Part shown: piece by piece, positions 47,627-57,935 of the stretch
Position numbering within the stretch: the first letter of the stretch is position 1
How the letters are laid out: the number at the start of each line of letters is the position of its first letter
Origin: Deinococcales bacterium
GTDB lineage: Bacteria; Deinococcota; Deinococci; Deinococcales; JAAFIG01
NCBI GenBank assembly: GCA_031414595.1
Contig: JANNVX010000064.1
Coordinates: 1-64,000 of the forward strand
Direction of reading: 5' to 3'
DNA: 64,000 bases
The notes under the pieces: generated by a model
The model's database searches: none
What the model saw: only the letters and a program-made list of their open reading frames with translations
What the model was told of the DNA's origin: nothing
Program-made: the position numbers and the translations under genes

Positions 47627-48479
47627 TGCTGTCGAAGCCCCTAAAAAACAAGCCTCCAAAGCCTCTAAACGCTTTTGGCGCAACCCTGCTTCGATTATCG
47701 GGGTGGTGCTGTTGGGTTTACTATTGCTGATTGCTGTGCTGGCAACCGTTATTTCCCCAGACCCGATTGTTCAAGACTTAGGACAGCGCTTACTCCCGCC
47801 CTCGAGCCAACATTTACTTGGCACAGACCAACTTGGGCGCAGCGTTTGGGGACGGGTGGCACACGGGGCATCGTTGTCCTTACAAGTCGGTGTGGTTGTG
47901 ACCCTGATTTCTGTGACAGTTGGTGTGCTTGTTGGCTTGTTGGCTGGAACATTTGGTGGCGTTTGGGACAATGTTTTGATGCGTATCACCGATATTTTCT
48001 TTGCTTTCCCCAGTTTAATCCTAGCGATGGCAATTGCGGCAGCCCTCGGACCAAGTTTAACCAACACGATTATCGCTGTCGCCATTGTTAGCTGGCCCAG
48101 TTACGCCCGACTGGTACGCGCCCAAGCCATGGCACTGCGCGAACGCGAATTTGTCGAAGCGGCAAGGGCTATCGGCACATCACAAATCAGCATTGCTTTA
48201 CGCCATGTTTTTCCAAATACCTTGACCCCCGTTTTAATCCAAGCCAGTTTTGATGTCGGACAAGCGATTTTAACTGCCGCAGGGTTATCTTTTATCGGCT
48301 TTGGGGCGCAACCACCAACCCCAGAATGGGGGGCGATGGTCTCGGAAACCCGCAACTTTATTTCCGAAGCACCTTGGGCAAGCTCTGCCCCTGCAATCGC
48401 CATACTACTGGCGGTACTGGCATTTAATTTGGTTGGTGATGGTCTACGCGACGCACTAGACCCACGCAACACCCGCTAG
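47619..48479 (+). CDS. Peptide ABC transporter permease (DppC/OppC-like)
   Basis: LGTDQLGR, EFVEAARAIG and GDGLRDALDP. Confidence 0.92.
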   Translation: MLSAVEAPKKQASKASKRFWRNPASIIGVVLLGLLLLIAVLATVISPDPIVQDLGQRLLPPSSQHLLGTDQLGRSVWGRVAHGASLSLQVGVVVTLISVTVGVLVGLLAGTFGGVWDNVLMRITDIFFAFPSLILAMAIAAALGPSLTNTIIAVAIVSWPSYARLVRAQAMALREREFVEAARAIGTSQISIALRHVFPNTLTPVLIQASFDVGQAILTAAGLSFIGFGAQPPTPEWGAMVSETRNFISEAPWASSAPAIAILLAVLAFNLVGDGLRDALDPRNTR

Positions 48480-48871
48480 GGCAGTACCGCAATCACTTCG
48501 ACCTCGAGCCGAACTTCTGGGCTACCGAGGCTGGCGACAATCAAACCCGTGTGCGGTGGGCGATGCAAACCAAAAAACTCGAGCCGAACTTCGGTCACGG
48601 CTTTAGAATCTGCACCGTCCACAAGGTACGTTGTGACTTTAACCACGCTGTCTCGAGGAAACCCAGCCGCCTCGAGAACCACACCAAGATTCTGATACAC
48701 CTGTTTGGCTTGAGCCGCCGCGTCAAAAGGCGCAACTAACGCCCCGTTTACATCTCGAGCCACTTGCCCAGCCACATAGAGGGTGTTGCCCGCCCGCATT
48801 GCATGGTTGTAGGTGGCAGGTTGGTAAATGCCTTCTGGTTGGATGAGTTGGTAGAAATCTGATTGAGACAT
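48476..48871 (-). CDS. RidA/YjgF family protein
   Basis: LYVAGQVA, VVKVTTYL, RPPHT and LEVEVIA. Confidence 0.88.
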   Translation of the reverse strand: MSQSDFYQLIQPEGIYQPATYNHAMRAGNTLYVAGQVARDVNGALVAPFDAAAQAKQVYQNLGVVLEAAGFPRDSVVKVTTYLVDGADSKAVTEVRLEFFGLHRPPHTGLIVASLGSPEVRLEVEVIAVLP

Positions 48872-48880
48872 GATTGAGTC

Positions 48881-49660
48881 CTAATTTTCTTGTGAGTCTT
48901 GACTGATTATTAAATTCAAGCTGTGTAGCCAATGAACAAATTCATTTATTTTTGTGGCAAGGTTTGTGTCAAAATGAATATTCACATCCAATCGCCCATT
49001 GCCCCAATCGGATAATCCTATAAAACCCTCAATAGCTCGAACATAGACAACAAAATACCCCTCTTTGTGCAAGAAACGCGTCTCAGATATGTTATTCCAA
49101 TGTTGATGAATTTGTTGAGCCAGCCAAGTTAAATCCACTGTATGCTCGAGAACAAGTCTTCTGTTTTGGTTATTGCCATATGGGTAAAAAGTCAAAAGTG
49201 CTGCAACTTGGGATTCATCAAAAGGTTCTTGACGATAGCGCCATCGGTGCAAAGAAAAAAAACTGCCTTCAACCCAAAAGACTTTTTCCGAATGTCTCGG
49301 CAGTATGTACAATTGATGCACTGTGTTTGGTGCGTAAACGATGTAGTCACTATCTATGGTATCAGCAAGAACCACCGAATTAAGTGCGTCTTCCGTAGAA
49401 AGAATATCTTGCTGTCCTTCCCAGAAACGCTCGTAGTAGCCATCAATAATACTTTCGCGGAAATCAAGTTGGGCTTTTGGAAGTTGTTCAGGTGAATAAA
49501 TGCGAAAGTAATGACAGTATTCACCGACCCCAAGCTGGGACATAAATTCTCTATACCCAAGTGGCAATGGGTGTTTTAACCAAGCCTCGAGTTCATCCAA
49601 ACGTGACTGTTCAACGGTTTGAAGTTCTTGTGAAACAAGGTAGACATTCTTGAAATCCAT
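48881..49660 (-). CDS. SMI1/KNR4 (SUKH) family protein
   Basis: LDELEAWLKHPLPLGYREFM motif; more AT-rich than neighbours. Confidence 0.7.
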   Translation of the reverse strand: MDFKNVYLVSQELQTVEQSRLDELEAWLKHPLPLGYREFMSQLGVGEYCHYFRIYSPEQLPKAQLDFRESIIDGYYERFWEGQQDILSTEDALNSVVLADTIDSDYIVYAPNTVHQLYILPRHSEKVFWVEGSFFSLHRWRYRQEPFDESQVAALLTFYPYGNNQNRRLVLEHTVDLTWLAQQIHQHWNNISETRFLHKEGYFVVYVRAIEGFIGLSDWGNGRLDVNIHFDTNLATKINEFVHWLHSLNLIISQDSQEN

Positions 49661-49663
49661 AGG

Positions 49664-51073
49664 CTATAGAATACCCAATTTTCTTAAAGCCTTCGCGCCG
49701 CCCTCGAGACTGCTGTGGTTCATCCCCGCATAATTCGGACTGTAGACAATCCCCTTTGCGCCATTGCTGTACGACGCAAGCACGCTCTGCTCGACAATTT
49801 CTGGGGTGCAAATGGCTTGGCTTGCGCTGGTGCGCGGCGCGTCCACGCCAATGCCCATGTAGACTGGTATTTTGTCTTGCAGGTCTCGCACCGTGTCTCG
49901 AGCTTGCCCACCGACATAGGTCTCTGGGTTCATGCCTGTCTCGAGCAAGCTATCCCACGGAGCTTCTTGTAAACCAAGCAATTTGTACATAATTGGGGTC
50001 AGTTCTTGCGGTGTAAAATCTCGCAAAATACTTTGATGCCATTCAGTCATTTCTTTTTTGTAAATCCCACCCGACTGATGCTGGTAAGTAATCGGTTTGA
50101 CCCAATCGGCGTACATGGTTTGTTCATCCCAAGACCATTGGGCTTTACGAAGCGGATTAAAATGATTGCGATTCCAGACATTTAGCCCAAAACTTAGGGC
50201 AGGCTTGCACCACTTAACAATGCCGTACAACTCGCGGTCAAGGTCTTTGTTGCGCTCGAGCCAGAAACGCTCCCAAATTAAAATCTCGGGATTTCGCAGC
50301 AGCATCCGCAAAAAGCCAATGAAAAAACCATCGGAGCAACCGCGCCCGGCTCGAGCCTCTTGGAAAAATGTATAGGCTTCACGGAACGCCAGCAAAACCC
50401 GCTCGACATCTATACCGCGTTCAATCGCTTCGCGTCTGGCGGCTGGACTAAAATCATTGGCGGCGTTCCCTGCAATTAAATTATCCAATGGGCTGCGGCG
50501 TTCGTTGCACCACATGATGCCGTCAATATCGTAATTTCTGGCGTAATCCTCGAGAACACTGTGCAACCAAGTGCGGTAATGCGGATTGGAGGTGCTGGGT
50601 TCAGAACCAATCCGCCCAAACTGGTCTATCTCGAGGTACTGCGGTAGATTTGGAATCTGCACCGTGTTGCTGCTGCCGTGGTCGGCGTACTTAAAAAGGG
50701 GTTCCATGACTTCGGGCATGACTTTCATGCCACGTTTGTGTGCCGCCTCTATCACCATCTCGAGGATGTCCATGCCAGCCATGCCGGGGTCGTTGTTGGC
50801 AAAATTAGTGATGCTGGTATTGCGGTAAAATTCTGGATGATGTTTGATGTACGAGCCGCCACGCATTTGGTCGGGTTCTTGGACACCGTGGTCTGGGAAG
50901 CCCTCGAGTTTATGCGAGATTCGCCGCCCGACTTTTAAGCCAAGCCAAGAGAGTGTGCCGATTAAAAGCACATTGATTCCGAAACGTTCTTGGAGGGTCT
51001 CGAGAAGTGGCTCTACACCTTCGTCTAAGAAGCTAATGGGGCTGATTTGAATGCCAACGAATTTATCGGTCAT
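49664..51073 (-). CDS. Conserved hypothetical protein with probable glycoside-hydrolase-like TIM barrel
   Basis: AAHKRGMKV and YARNYDIDGIMWCNE patterns; ATG 51073 after GGGGA. Confidence 0.6.
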   Translation of the reverse strand: MTDKFVGIQISPISFLDEGVEPLLETLQERFGINVLLIGTLSWLGLKVGRRISHKLEGFPDHGVQEPDQMRGGSYIKHHPEFYRNTSITNFANNDPGMAGMDILEMVIEAAHKRGMKVMPEVMEPLFKYADHGSSNTVQIPNLPQYLEIDQFGRIGSEPSTSNPHYRTWLHSVLEDYARNYDIDGIMWCNERRSPLDNLIAGNAANDFSPAARREAIERGIDVERVLLAFREAYTFFQEARAGRGCSDGFFIGFLRMLLRNPEILIWERFWLERNKDLDRELYGIVKWCKPALSFGLNVWNRNHFNPLRKAQWSWDEQTMYADWVKPITYQHQSGGIYKKEMTEWHQSILRDFTPQELTPIMYKLLGLQEAPWDSLLETGMNPETYVGGQARDTVRDLQDKIPVYMGIGVDAPRTSASQAICTPEIVEQSVLASYSNGAKGIVYSPNYAGMNHSSLEGGAKALRKLGIL

Positions 51074-51098
51074 GGATTCCCCTTGGGGTCTGTGCAAA

Positions 51099-51123
51099 GG
51101 CGAGGCATGCCTCGCCCCTACGG
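51099..51123 (-). repeat. GTAG-type REP-like palindrome, copy 1
   Basis: Minus strand CCGTAGGGGCGAGGCATGCCTCGCC; near-identical copy at 57843-57868. Confidence 0.8.
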
Positions 51124-51124
51124 A

Positions 51125-52318
51125 TTATAAAAATTGTTTCCAGAATTGCTCGAGTTTGTCTAGGGCAGCATCCATTGTTGGGCGTGGACACATCAGGCTT
51201 AGACGCACAAAGCCTTCTGCACCACTGCCAAAGACCACACCGGGTCCAACCCGAACCGCGTGTTGTTCGATTAAACTCGAGGCGAATTCCATTGAACCCA
51301 TCTTGGATGCACGAATGTCTGCCATGATGTAATAACTTCCACTGGTGCGGATAAACGGTAGACCCATACCCTCGAGTCTCGAGATTAAATAGCTTCGGCG
51401 TTCGGCATAGGTTTGTAGGCGTTCCTGCCATGCACTTTGGTCGCCAGTCAGGGCAGCCAGTGCTGCCAGTTGGGTTGGGGTGCTGGTGCTGATTGAGTGC
51501 ATATGGCGGGTTTCGGTGGCGACTTGTTTTAACCACATTGGCACAGCCAAATAGCCAACCCGCAAACCAGTCATGCCGTAGGTTTTGGAAAAACCATTAA
51601 CCGTGATGGTGCGCTCGAACATATTGGGTAATCGGGCAAAAGAAAATTGTTCCGCGCCATCGTAAATGTATTTTTCGTAAAGTTCGTCGGACACGACCAA
51701 GAAATTGTGCTTCTCGGCAAGGGCTGCAATCCCCATCATTGTTTCTCGAGTGACCACTGCGCCCGTTGGATTGTCTGGGCTGACCACAATCACCAGTTTG
51801 GTGCGTGGCGTAATGGCTGCCTCGAGCGCGGCTAAGTCCCAAGACCAGCCTGTTTCTGGTTTGACTGGCACAGTCACGGCTTTGCCACCACACAGCGCCA
51901 CGATGTTGTTATAGGCACTGTAGTACGGGTTGGTCAAAATCACTTCGTCATTTGGGTTTAAGAGCGCAGCGCACATCACATAAATCGCTTCTTGCGCCCC
52001 TGCCGTGACGATGATGTTATCTGCCACGTACTCGAGATGATTTTCCGAGCGTAACTTGGCAGCAATCGCTTCACGCAAAGGCACAATGCCATCATAAGGC
52101 GTGTACTGCAAAATGCCGTTTCGTAAGCCCTCACGCATCGCATCCAACACAAAATCTGGGGTCGGCAAATCTGGTGTGCCAGAGCCGAGATTGACTAAGC
52201 CCTTGGCGTTCTGCACGGCGGCAACCATACGCGGGTTAATCGGGTTGCCAATGGAATGCTCTAAGTTATCCACTGCAACTCGAGACAAGAATTTTGAAAA
52301 ATTAACCGTCTGTGTCAT
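51125..52318 (-). CDS. PLP-dependent aminotransferase class I/II
   Basis: DNPTG, SDELY and GFSKTYGMTGLRVGY. Confidence 0.92.
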   Translation of the reverse strand: MTQTVNFSKFLSRVAVDNLEHSIGNPINPRMVAAVQNAKGLVNLGSGTPDLPTPDFVLDAMREGLRNGILQYTPYDGIVPLREAIAAKLRSENHLEYVADNIIVTAGAQEAIYVMCAALLNPNDEVILTNPYYSAYNNIVALCGGKAVTVPVKPETGWSWDLAALEAAITPRTKLVIVVSPDNPTGAVVTRETMMGIAALAEKHNFLVVSDELYEKYIYDGAEQFSFARLPNMFERTITVNGFSKTYGMTGLRVGYLAVPMWLKQVATETRHMHSISTSTPTQLAALAALTGDQSAWQERLQTYAERRSYLISRLEGMGLPFIRTSGSYYIMADIRASKMGSMEFASSLIEQHAVRVGPGVVFGSGAEGFVRLSLMCPRPTMDAALDKLEQFWKQFL

Positions 52319-52331
52319 TTATACCTCCAAT

Positions 52332-53366
52332 TCATGCCAATCCTATTGCTTCTGCATACTCAAGTAAGTCCAAAGTCTGTCCGTGCTTCGAGCTTTCGGC
52401 GCAAGCCAGTGTTAAAGCCATCGTCATTAAGTGGTCACGCCCACTCGGGTAGGTGCTGGGTTCATCACGCACTGCACACAAGAAATCTTCGAGCAACCCG
52501 CGTGTGTCGTCTACAAAATCTTCTTGAGGCTCGAGCATAATTTCTTCGGGGGTGGTTGCCCCAGCCTGCCAATACTCGAGACCCGCAAAAATATCGCGCT
52601 GGAAGAGCATTCCAGAACTGCCATCGGTGCGCCACTGAAATTCGTTTTTAGAGTTTGTCCCCATCCACGTCCCGAAATACTGCAACTCCACGCCATTTTC
52701 AAACTCGAGCCACGCCGCAACTGTGGCATCCGAAGCGTACATGCTCCACGGTGGATTGGTGGTGCGCCCCCAAACGCGCTTGACTTCGGAATTGTAAATA
52801 AATCTGGCTAAATCAAGGTGATGAATGCTCTGCTCGAGCAGCATCGGTTGCTCCATCGTCAGTGGGTATTTATTCAGCAAAGGGCGTTTTCCGTCGCGGT
52901 AACGCCAATAGTTGATACGCCCAAAACCGACCTGACCGAGCTTGCCGCCCACAATATATTCACGGCTTTTTTTGGTCGTCTCGAGATAGCGAAAATTCAT
53001 ACCGACACACAGATGAATCCCCGCCTGTTCTGCCATATCTACACAGGCTCGAGCGGTAATGGCATCCAGCGCCAAAGGCTTTTCGCACAGCACGGGAATA
53101 CCGCGCTTGGCACAAGCCGTAATCTGCTCGAGATGGACACTTGGTGGGGTGGAAAGCACCACTGCATCGGGTTTGAATTGCTCTAAGGCGGTTTCTAAAT
53201 CAGTCAGGTGTGGAAACTCGAGGTTCAGCAGTTTTTCTTGCAATGTTTGCATCGCCTCCGCGCTCGGATCAACCCCAGCCACCAAACTCGAGCCAGCATT
53301 TTCGGCAATCACCCGCGCCCAGTGCCGCCCGCGAGTGCCAAGTCCAACAAGTAATGTGCGTATCAC
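52332..53366 (-). CDS. Gfo/Idh/MocA family oxidoreductase
   Basis: VGLGTRG, CEKP and IHHLD motifs. Confidence 0.9.
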   Translation of the reverse strand: MIRTLLVGLGTRGRHWARVIAENAGSSLVAGVDPSAEAMQTLQEKLLNLEFPHLTDLETALEQFKPDAVVLSTPPSVHLEQITACAKRGIPVLCEKPLALDAITARACVDMAEQAGIHLCVGMNFRYLETTKKSREYIVGGKLGQVGFGRINYWRYRDGKRPLLNKYPLTMEQPMLLEQSIHHLDLARFIYNSEVKRVWGRTTNPPWSMYASDATVAAWLEFENGVELQYFGTWMGTNSKNEFQWRTDGSSGMLFQRDIFAGLEYWQAGATTPEEIMLEPQEDFVDDTRGLLEDFLCAVRDEPSTYPSGRDHLMTMALTLACAESSKHGQTLDLLEYAEAIGLA

Positions 53367-53377
53367 ATGAAACTCCT

Positions 53378-54256
53378 TTAAGGTTTTGGTGGGTAGTCAA
53401 GTAAACCTTGCTCGAGGAGAATTTTAGGTTTGAACCTGAGTTCTTGCTTGATTTTGCTCGAGTCAATCGCACCGTGACGGGGTGGCATATAGGCATTCCA
53501 AACTGAGGCTTTGTTGAGGTCGCCATAAACAATTTGGTAGGTATTGAGAATCCACGAAGCACTAATGGCTATACCGCCAACATTGTACAGATGCGTTTTT
53601 TTATCGCCTCGGCGTTTAGCGATGATTTGGATTAAACGGGCTAAATCGGTAGTGTGCAGAAAATTGTATTCGTCAAAGTTTTTATGCGGCAAAACTATGT
53701 TTTTCGGACCAAGAAACTGTTCTGCCATTTGCCCAATTACAGACACCCCTACTCGAGTTCCAGAAGCCTGTTCGTTCGGTCCGTAAATCGCCGCCAGACG
53801 CAAAATCCATAGGGTCATGCCTTCGGGCTTGCCAAGTTCGCAACTCTGTTCGGCAAGGGTTTTGGAGAGGCTGTAGGCTTTGTCATTACGAAGTATTCCG
53901 TCTTCGCCAATCGGTGTGGCTTGTTCTGGTGCATAGACCCCAGCCGAACTGAGTAGAATAAAGTGTTTGACTTTTGCTTCTCGAGCCGCGAACATTGCAT
54001 TGATTGTGCCTTGGACATTAACTTCGATTAAATCAAGTTCGTCGTCTCGAGTGGCAGTGGTGCGAGCCGCCGCATGAACCAAAACTGTAGGCTGATGCTC
54101 GAGTGCCAGCGCGGTTAGATGGTCGCAGTCAAGCACATTGAGTCTGTATCGGGTACTATGAACATCACCGTCCAGCACTTCAAAACCAAGCTGCTCGAGT
54201 GACTGAGTTAATGCCTGTCCAACAAATCCACCTGCTCCTGTGAGTAGTATTTTCAT
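53378..54256 (-). CDS. NAD-dependent epimerase/dehydratase
   Basis: TGAGGFVG, HAAA, SSAGVY and YSLSK. Confidence 0.9.
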   Translation of the reverse strand: MKILLTGAGGFVGQALTQSLEQLGFEVLDGDVHSTRYRLNVLDCDHLTALALEHQPTVLVHAAARTTATRDDELDLIEVNVQGTINAMFAAREAKVKHFILLSSAGVYAPEQATPIGEDGILRNDKAYSLSKTLAEQSCELGKPEGMTLWILRLAAIYGPNEQASGTRVGVSVIGQMAEQFLGPKNIVLPHKNFDEYNFLHTTDLARLIQIIAKRRGDKKTHLYNVGGIAISASWILNTYQIVYGDLNKASVWNAYMPPRHGAIDSSKIKQELRFKPKILLEQGLLDYPPKP

Positions 54257-55626
54257 GGGCGTACAAACCTCCCGTCCCCCGCTACACCAATCACTGCACC
54301 ATCAAGAAAAACTGTTTTTCCATGCACAATCGTGCGCTTGACTTGCCCTTGAAAGATTTTGCCATCAAAAAAGTAATCGTTGGCTCGAGCTTGACTAAAT
54401 TCTTTATTTTTGTCCACGACAGTTTGGGCGTTTAAGTCCACCAAGATTAAATCTGCGTCGGCACTGGGTTGCACCGCCCCTTTTTGTGGGTAAATCCCAA
54501 AACGTTTTGCGCCAGCGCTGGACATCAGTTCAACCGCTTTCTCGAGACTGATTTTTTGGTTTCCTACGGCATCCAGCAACATTGGTACAAGTTGTTCTAC
54601 CCCTGGTGCGCCGGGTGGAGCAAGCCAAATATCGGTTTTGGCGCGTTCTTTTTCTTCAACCGTAAATGGCGAGTGGTCGGTAGTCACACTTTGCAGTGTG
54701 CCGTCCTGAATACCTTCCCAGAGCGCAGCATTATCCTCGAGTGTCCGCAAGGGCGGGTTAATTTTGGCGTAACTGCCGTACTGCTTAAGCTCTGCCTCGG
54801 TAAAAAGCAAATACTGTGGACAGGTCTCGCCACTGATGTCTTGTCCAGCTTTTTGCCATTTTCGTAACGTCTCGAGGGCATGTTTTGAAGTCACATGGGC
54901 AATATGAAGTTTTGCGCCAATCAAGTCGTTCATCGTGGCAATTTTGGCAATGGCTAACGCCTCCACCAAGGCTGGACGAGATTCACCGTGAGTGGCTGCA
55001 TCGTTGCGTCCTGTGCTTCTGACTTTGGCGCTGTAATACTCGAGGAGTGGGTTACTTTCGGCATGAACCACAAGGGTTAGTCCAGTATGGCGCACCAATT
55101 CTAAGCACTCGAGTTGCTGCCATTCTTCGGGGATACACAGCCCATCAAATTCATCTTCGCGCCCTAGAACGGCTGCTGTGGTAAAAATCTTAAAGCCAAT
55201 TGCACCCGCCTCCACCATCCCTTGAACAAATTCGGGTTTGAGCATTCCGGGTGCGCCGTACAGCGCAAAATTGACCACGGCTTCGCGTTCGGCTTGGATT
55301 CGTCTCGAGGTCAGGATTTCTGGTGTAGCACAACACGGCTTGGAAATCGGCATTTCAAAAACCGTGGTTACTCCACCCGCCGCAGCCGCTCGGGTTTCCG
55401 TAGTCCATGTGCCACGTTCTGGGTAGGCTGGAGCGCGAACATGAAAATGAATATCTACCGCGCCGGGCAGTAAATGTAAGCCAGTCGCATCTATAATTTC
55501 TTTGGCTTCGGCAGTCGTGTTCGGCTCGAGCAGTGCCGCAATTTTACCGTTCTCGAGGGCAACATCTAGGCGTTTGGTGGCTTGGGGTGTAACAACTACT
55601 GCACCGCGAATGAGGGTATCAAACAT
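54253..55626 (-). CDS. Cyclic amidohydrolase (allantoinase/dihydroorotase family)
   Basis: DIHFH, AAAGGVTT, HAES, KINPPLR and TDHSP. Confidence 0.88.
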   Translation of the reverse strand: MFDTLIRGAVVVTPQATKRLDVALENGKIAALLEPNTTAEAKEIIDATGLHLLPGAVDIHFHVRAPAYPERGTWTTETRAAAAGGVTTVFEMPISKPCCATPEILTSRRIQAEREAVVNFALYGAPGMLKPEFVQGMVEAGAIGFKIFTTAAVLGREDEFDGLCIPEEWQQLECLELVRHTGLTLVVHAESNPLLEYYSAKVRSTGRNDAATHGESRPALVEALAIAKIATMNDLIGAKLHIAHVTSKHALETLRKWQKAGQDISGETCPQYLLFTEAELKQYGSYAKINPPLRTLEDNAALWEGIQDGTLQSVTTDHSPFTVEEKERAKTDIWLAPPGAPGVEQLVPMLLDAVGNQKISLEKAVELMSSAGAKRFGIYPQKGAVQPSADADLILVDLNAQTVVDKNKEFSQARANDYFFDGKIFQGQVKRTIVHGKTVFLDGAVIGVAGDGRFVRP

Positions 55627-56782
55627 GGTCTTCCCCACTTAAATGCTGTTTTAGAAAACCGTTCAGGACTGCAAAACACTGCTCGAGTTGACTGATTTCG
55701 ACATATTCATCAAATGAATGTGCCACTTCATAACTGCCGGGTCCAAAAATCACCATATCGCCCCGAACCAAGTTCATTAAGTGTTTGGCATCAGAACCGG
55801 GCAAGTAGCCAATTGGCTCGAGCGGTGTTTGGGTGGCTTGGCTCGAATACTGTAAAAAGGCTTTGCCCAAAGGGGTTTCCAACCGCGATTCAAACCAACT
55901 TGAGTATTGAAATTCACTGATTTTAGCCGTGGCTGGCGAAAGGTCGGTCATTGCCACGACTTGCTCGAGTTCGTGTTGGACAGTCTTGGGGTTTTCACCC
56001 GGAATCATGCGTCGGTCTAGCCGTATCAGACATTGGTCTGCCACCGCGTTGGCGGTGCTGCCACCCTGAATCACCCCGATGTTGCAAGTCGGAACGCCAA
56101 CCAAAGGATGCAAATGTTCGGTCAAACGATAATGGTACGCCTCAAGTGCCAAGACAAGCCTTGCCATGGCGTTAATCGCGTTAATCCCACGACTTGGGTT
56201 GGTGGCATGGACGCTATGCCCCTGTGTAGTGATGGTGGCACGCATTACGCCCTTGTGAGCCGTCGCAACACGGTTGGCGGTTTGTTCACCGACCACAATC
56301 AAATCGCAAATTGGTAAATGCCCAGATTCGGCTAACCAGCGCGTCCCCATTTGTCCACCCATCTCTTCGTCGGCTGCCGCCACCAAAACCAGTGTACCAA
56401 GGGGTTTTCCTCGAGATGCTTGGTGTTTCATGGTCAACATCATCGCCGCAAGCGGGGCTTTATCGTCCACACTGCCTTTACCATAAATTCGTCCATTTTG
56501 CTCGAGTGCAACAAAAGGGTCAGACGACCATCGTTCGCCTTCGGTTTCTGCCACGGGTACAGTATCCGAATGGGCATGGAGCATCACCACTGGCTCACCT
56601 TGTCCGATGGTTGCCACGACACTCTGTATTTGCGGATGCTCGATTGGCGCAAGCACCTGCACTGTTGCCCCAATCTGCTCGAGCCAAGCGGCAATAAAAC
56701 CCGAGATGGCGCTGTTATCGCCAGGAGGATTGACCGAAGGAATGGCAATCAGGTTTTTAAGTAAATCAACCAATTCATGCAC
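55619..56782 (-). CDS. M20 metallopeptidase (ArgE/DapE family)
   Basis: HSDTVP, GKGSVDDK, ADEE and AHSFDEY. Confidence 0.9.
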   Translation of the reverse strand: MHELVDLLKNLIAIPSVNPPGDNSAISGFIAAWLEQIGATVQVLAPIEHPQIQSVVATIGQGEPVVMLHAHSDTVPVAETEGERWSSDPFVALEQNGRIYGKGSVDDKAPLAAMMLTMKHQASRGKPLGTLVLVAAADEEMGGQMGTRWLAESGHLPICDLIVVGEQTANRVATAHKGVMRATITTQGHSVHATNPSRGINAINAMARLVLALEAYHYRLTEHLHPLVGVPTCNIGVIQGGSTANAVADQCLIRLDRRMIPGENPKTVQHELEQVVAMTDLSPATAKISEFQYSSWFESRLETPLGKAFLQYSSQATQTPLEPIGYLPGSDAKHLMNLVRGDMVIFGPGSYEVAHSFDEYVEISQLEQCFAVLNGFLKQHLSGEDHV

Positions 56783-56816
56783 CGTGTCTCACCACCTTGT
56801 CTCGAGTTTGGCTTCT

Positions 56817-57797
56817 TCACGTCAATATCCCTTGAACCTCGGCAAAGAAACAACACCAATCGCCGACGGTTACATTGGGTAAGGCTCGTAAACCAAAAAT
56901 TCTGCCATCGGCTGGGGCGGTTAAAGTCTCTTGTAAATCGCCGTAAACATCGTAAATTCGGGCAATCACATCGCCTTTTTTCATCGTTTTTTTGAATTCG
57001 GCTGACTCATCGGCTAGAAATAAACCACTGCATGGTGCAAGCAGCGCATGTTGCACACCTGTATAACGTGGCTCGGCGTATCTGGCTTGCCCGTCCAGCA
57101 TCTTGTAATGACGCATCACGTTCAGGGCAGCATCCGCCAAGACCCGTCCAACTCGAGCAAAATCTTTTGGGCTGGTGGCACTTCGCCCACCGAGTTCAAC
57201 TGTAATTCCCGTCTTACCGACCTCGAGCATCGAAGCCATTGGATTACCTTTGGGCAAAAAGGCTTTCAGGGCTAAGTCCCAACCCTCACCCATTGCCTTG
57301 GCGAGTTCCTGAGATTTTGCGTCCTCGGTGGCAAAAATTGTCTCAGACAAATACGAATGCGCTCCGCCCGAATGGATGCTCAGTTCTAAATCCGCTACCT
57401 TGATCATCCACAGGCTATGTTCATAACAAATCCGTTCCGAAAAATACCCGTTCGGCTTACCAGGGTAAATTCGGTTCATGTCGTAGCTGAACGTATCGAG
57501 CGGATTACCTCGAGAGGCGGCTTCAAAGGCTGGCACATTGATGACTGGCACAAGCACCAACGACCCGTGCAACTCGGCGGGATTGACTTCACGGCGCAGG
57601 ATATGGCACATCAAAGGACCTTCGGGTTCATCGCCATGAATTGCGCCATCTACCCACAAGCAAGGACCATCATGTGCGCCGTTAATCACCACCACGGGAA
57701 TCTCGAGTGGTGTCCCACCCGCCAGTTTAGAGACGGGGATTGCACCAAGTGCCACGCTATTTGGCTCGGCTTTGGCTGTTCCAACTGTAATTGTCAT
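56817..57797 (-). CDS. Succinylglutamate desuccinylase/aspartoacylase family (M14-like)
   Basis: IHGDE, DMNRIYPG, IHSGG and TVELGG; C-terminal biotinyl-like hairpin. Confidence 0.88.
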   Translation of the reverse strand: MTITVGTAKAEPNSVALGAIPVSKLAGGTPLEIPVVVINGAHDGPCLWVDGAIHGDEPEGPLMCHILRREVNPAELHGSLVLVPVINVPAFEAASRGNPLDTFSYDMNRIYPGKPNGYFSERICYEHSLWMIKVADLELSIHSGGAHSYLSETIFATEDAKSQELAKAMGEGWDLALKAFLPKGNPMASMLEVGKTGITVELGGRSATSPKDFARVGRVLADAALNVMRHYKMLDGQARYAEPRYTGVQHALLAPCSGLFLADESAEFKKTMKKGDVIARIYDVYGDLQETLTAPADGRIFGLRALPNVTVGDWCCFFAEVQGILT

Positions 57798-57842
57798 GGT
57801 TCTCCTCAAATGAAATAGACTTGAAAACAGATTGCTCGAGGT

Positions 57843-57868
57843 GGGCGAGGCATACCTCGCCCCTACGG
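57843..57868 (-). repeat. GTAG-type REP-like palindrome, copy 2
   Basis: GGGCGAGGCATACCTCGCCCCTACGG on the + strand. Confidence 0.8.
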
Positions 57869-57935
57869 TGGATGACTCATTTTTTTGCTGTCCTTCTAAA
57901 AGCTAGAAGCTAGTGACTAGCAGCTAGAAGCCAAA

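Noticed and set aside
44904-48479. Peptide ABC operon lacking ATPase genes as a novel system
   Set aside because: Sharing of ATPase subunits encoded elsewhere is common; not distinctive.
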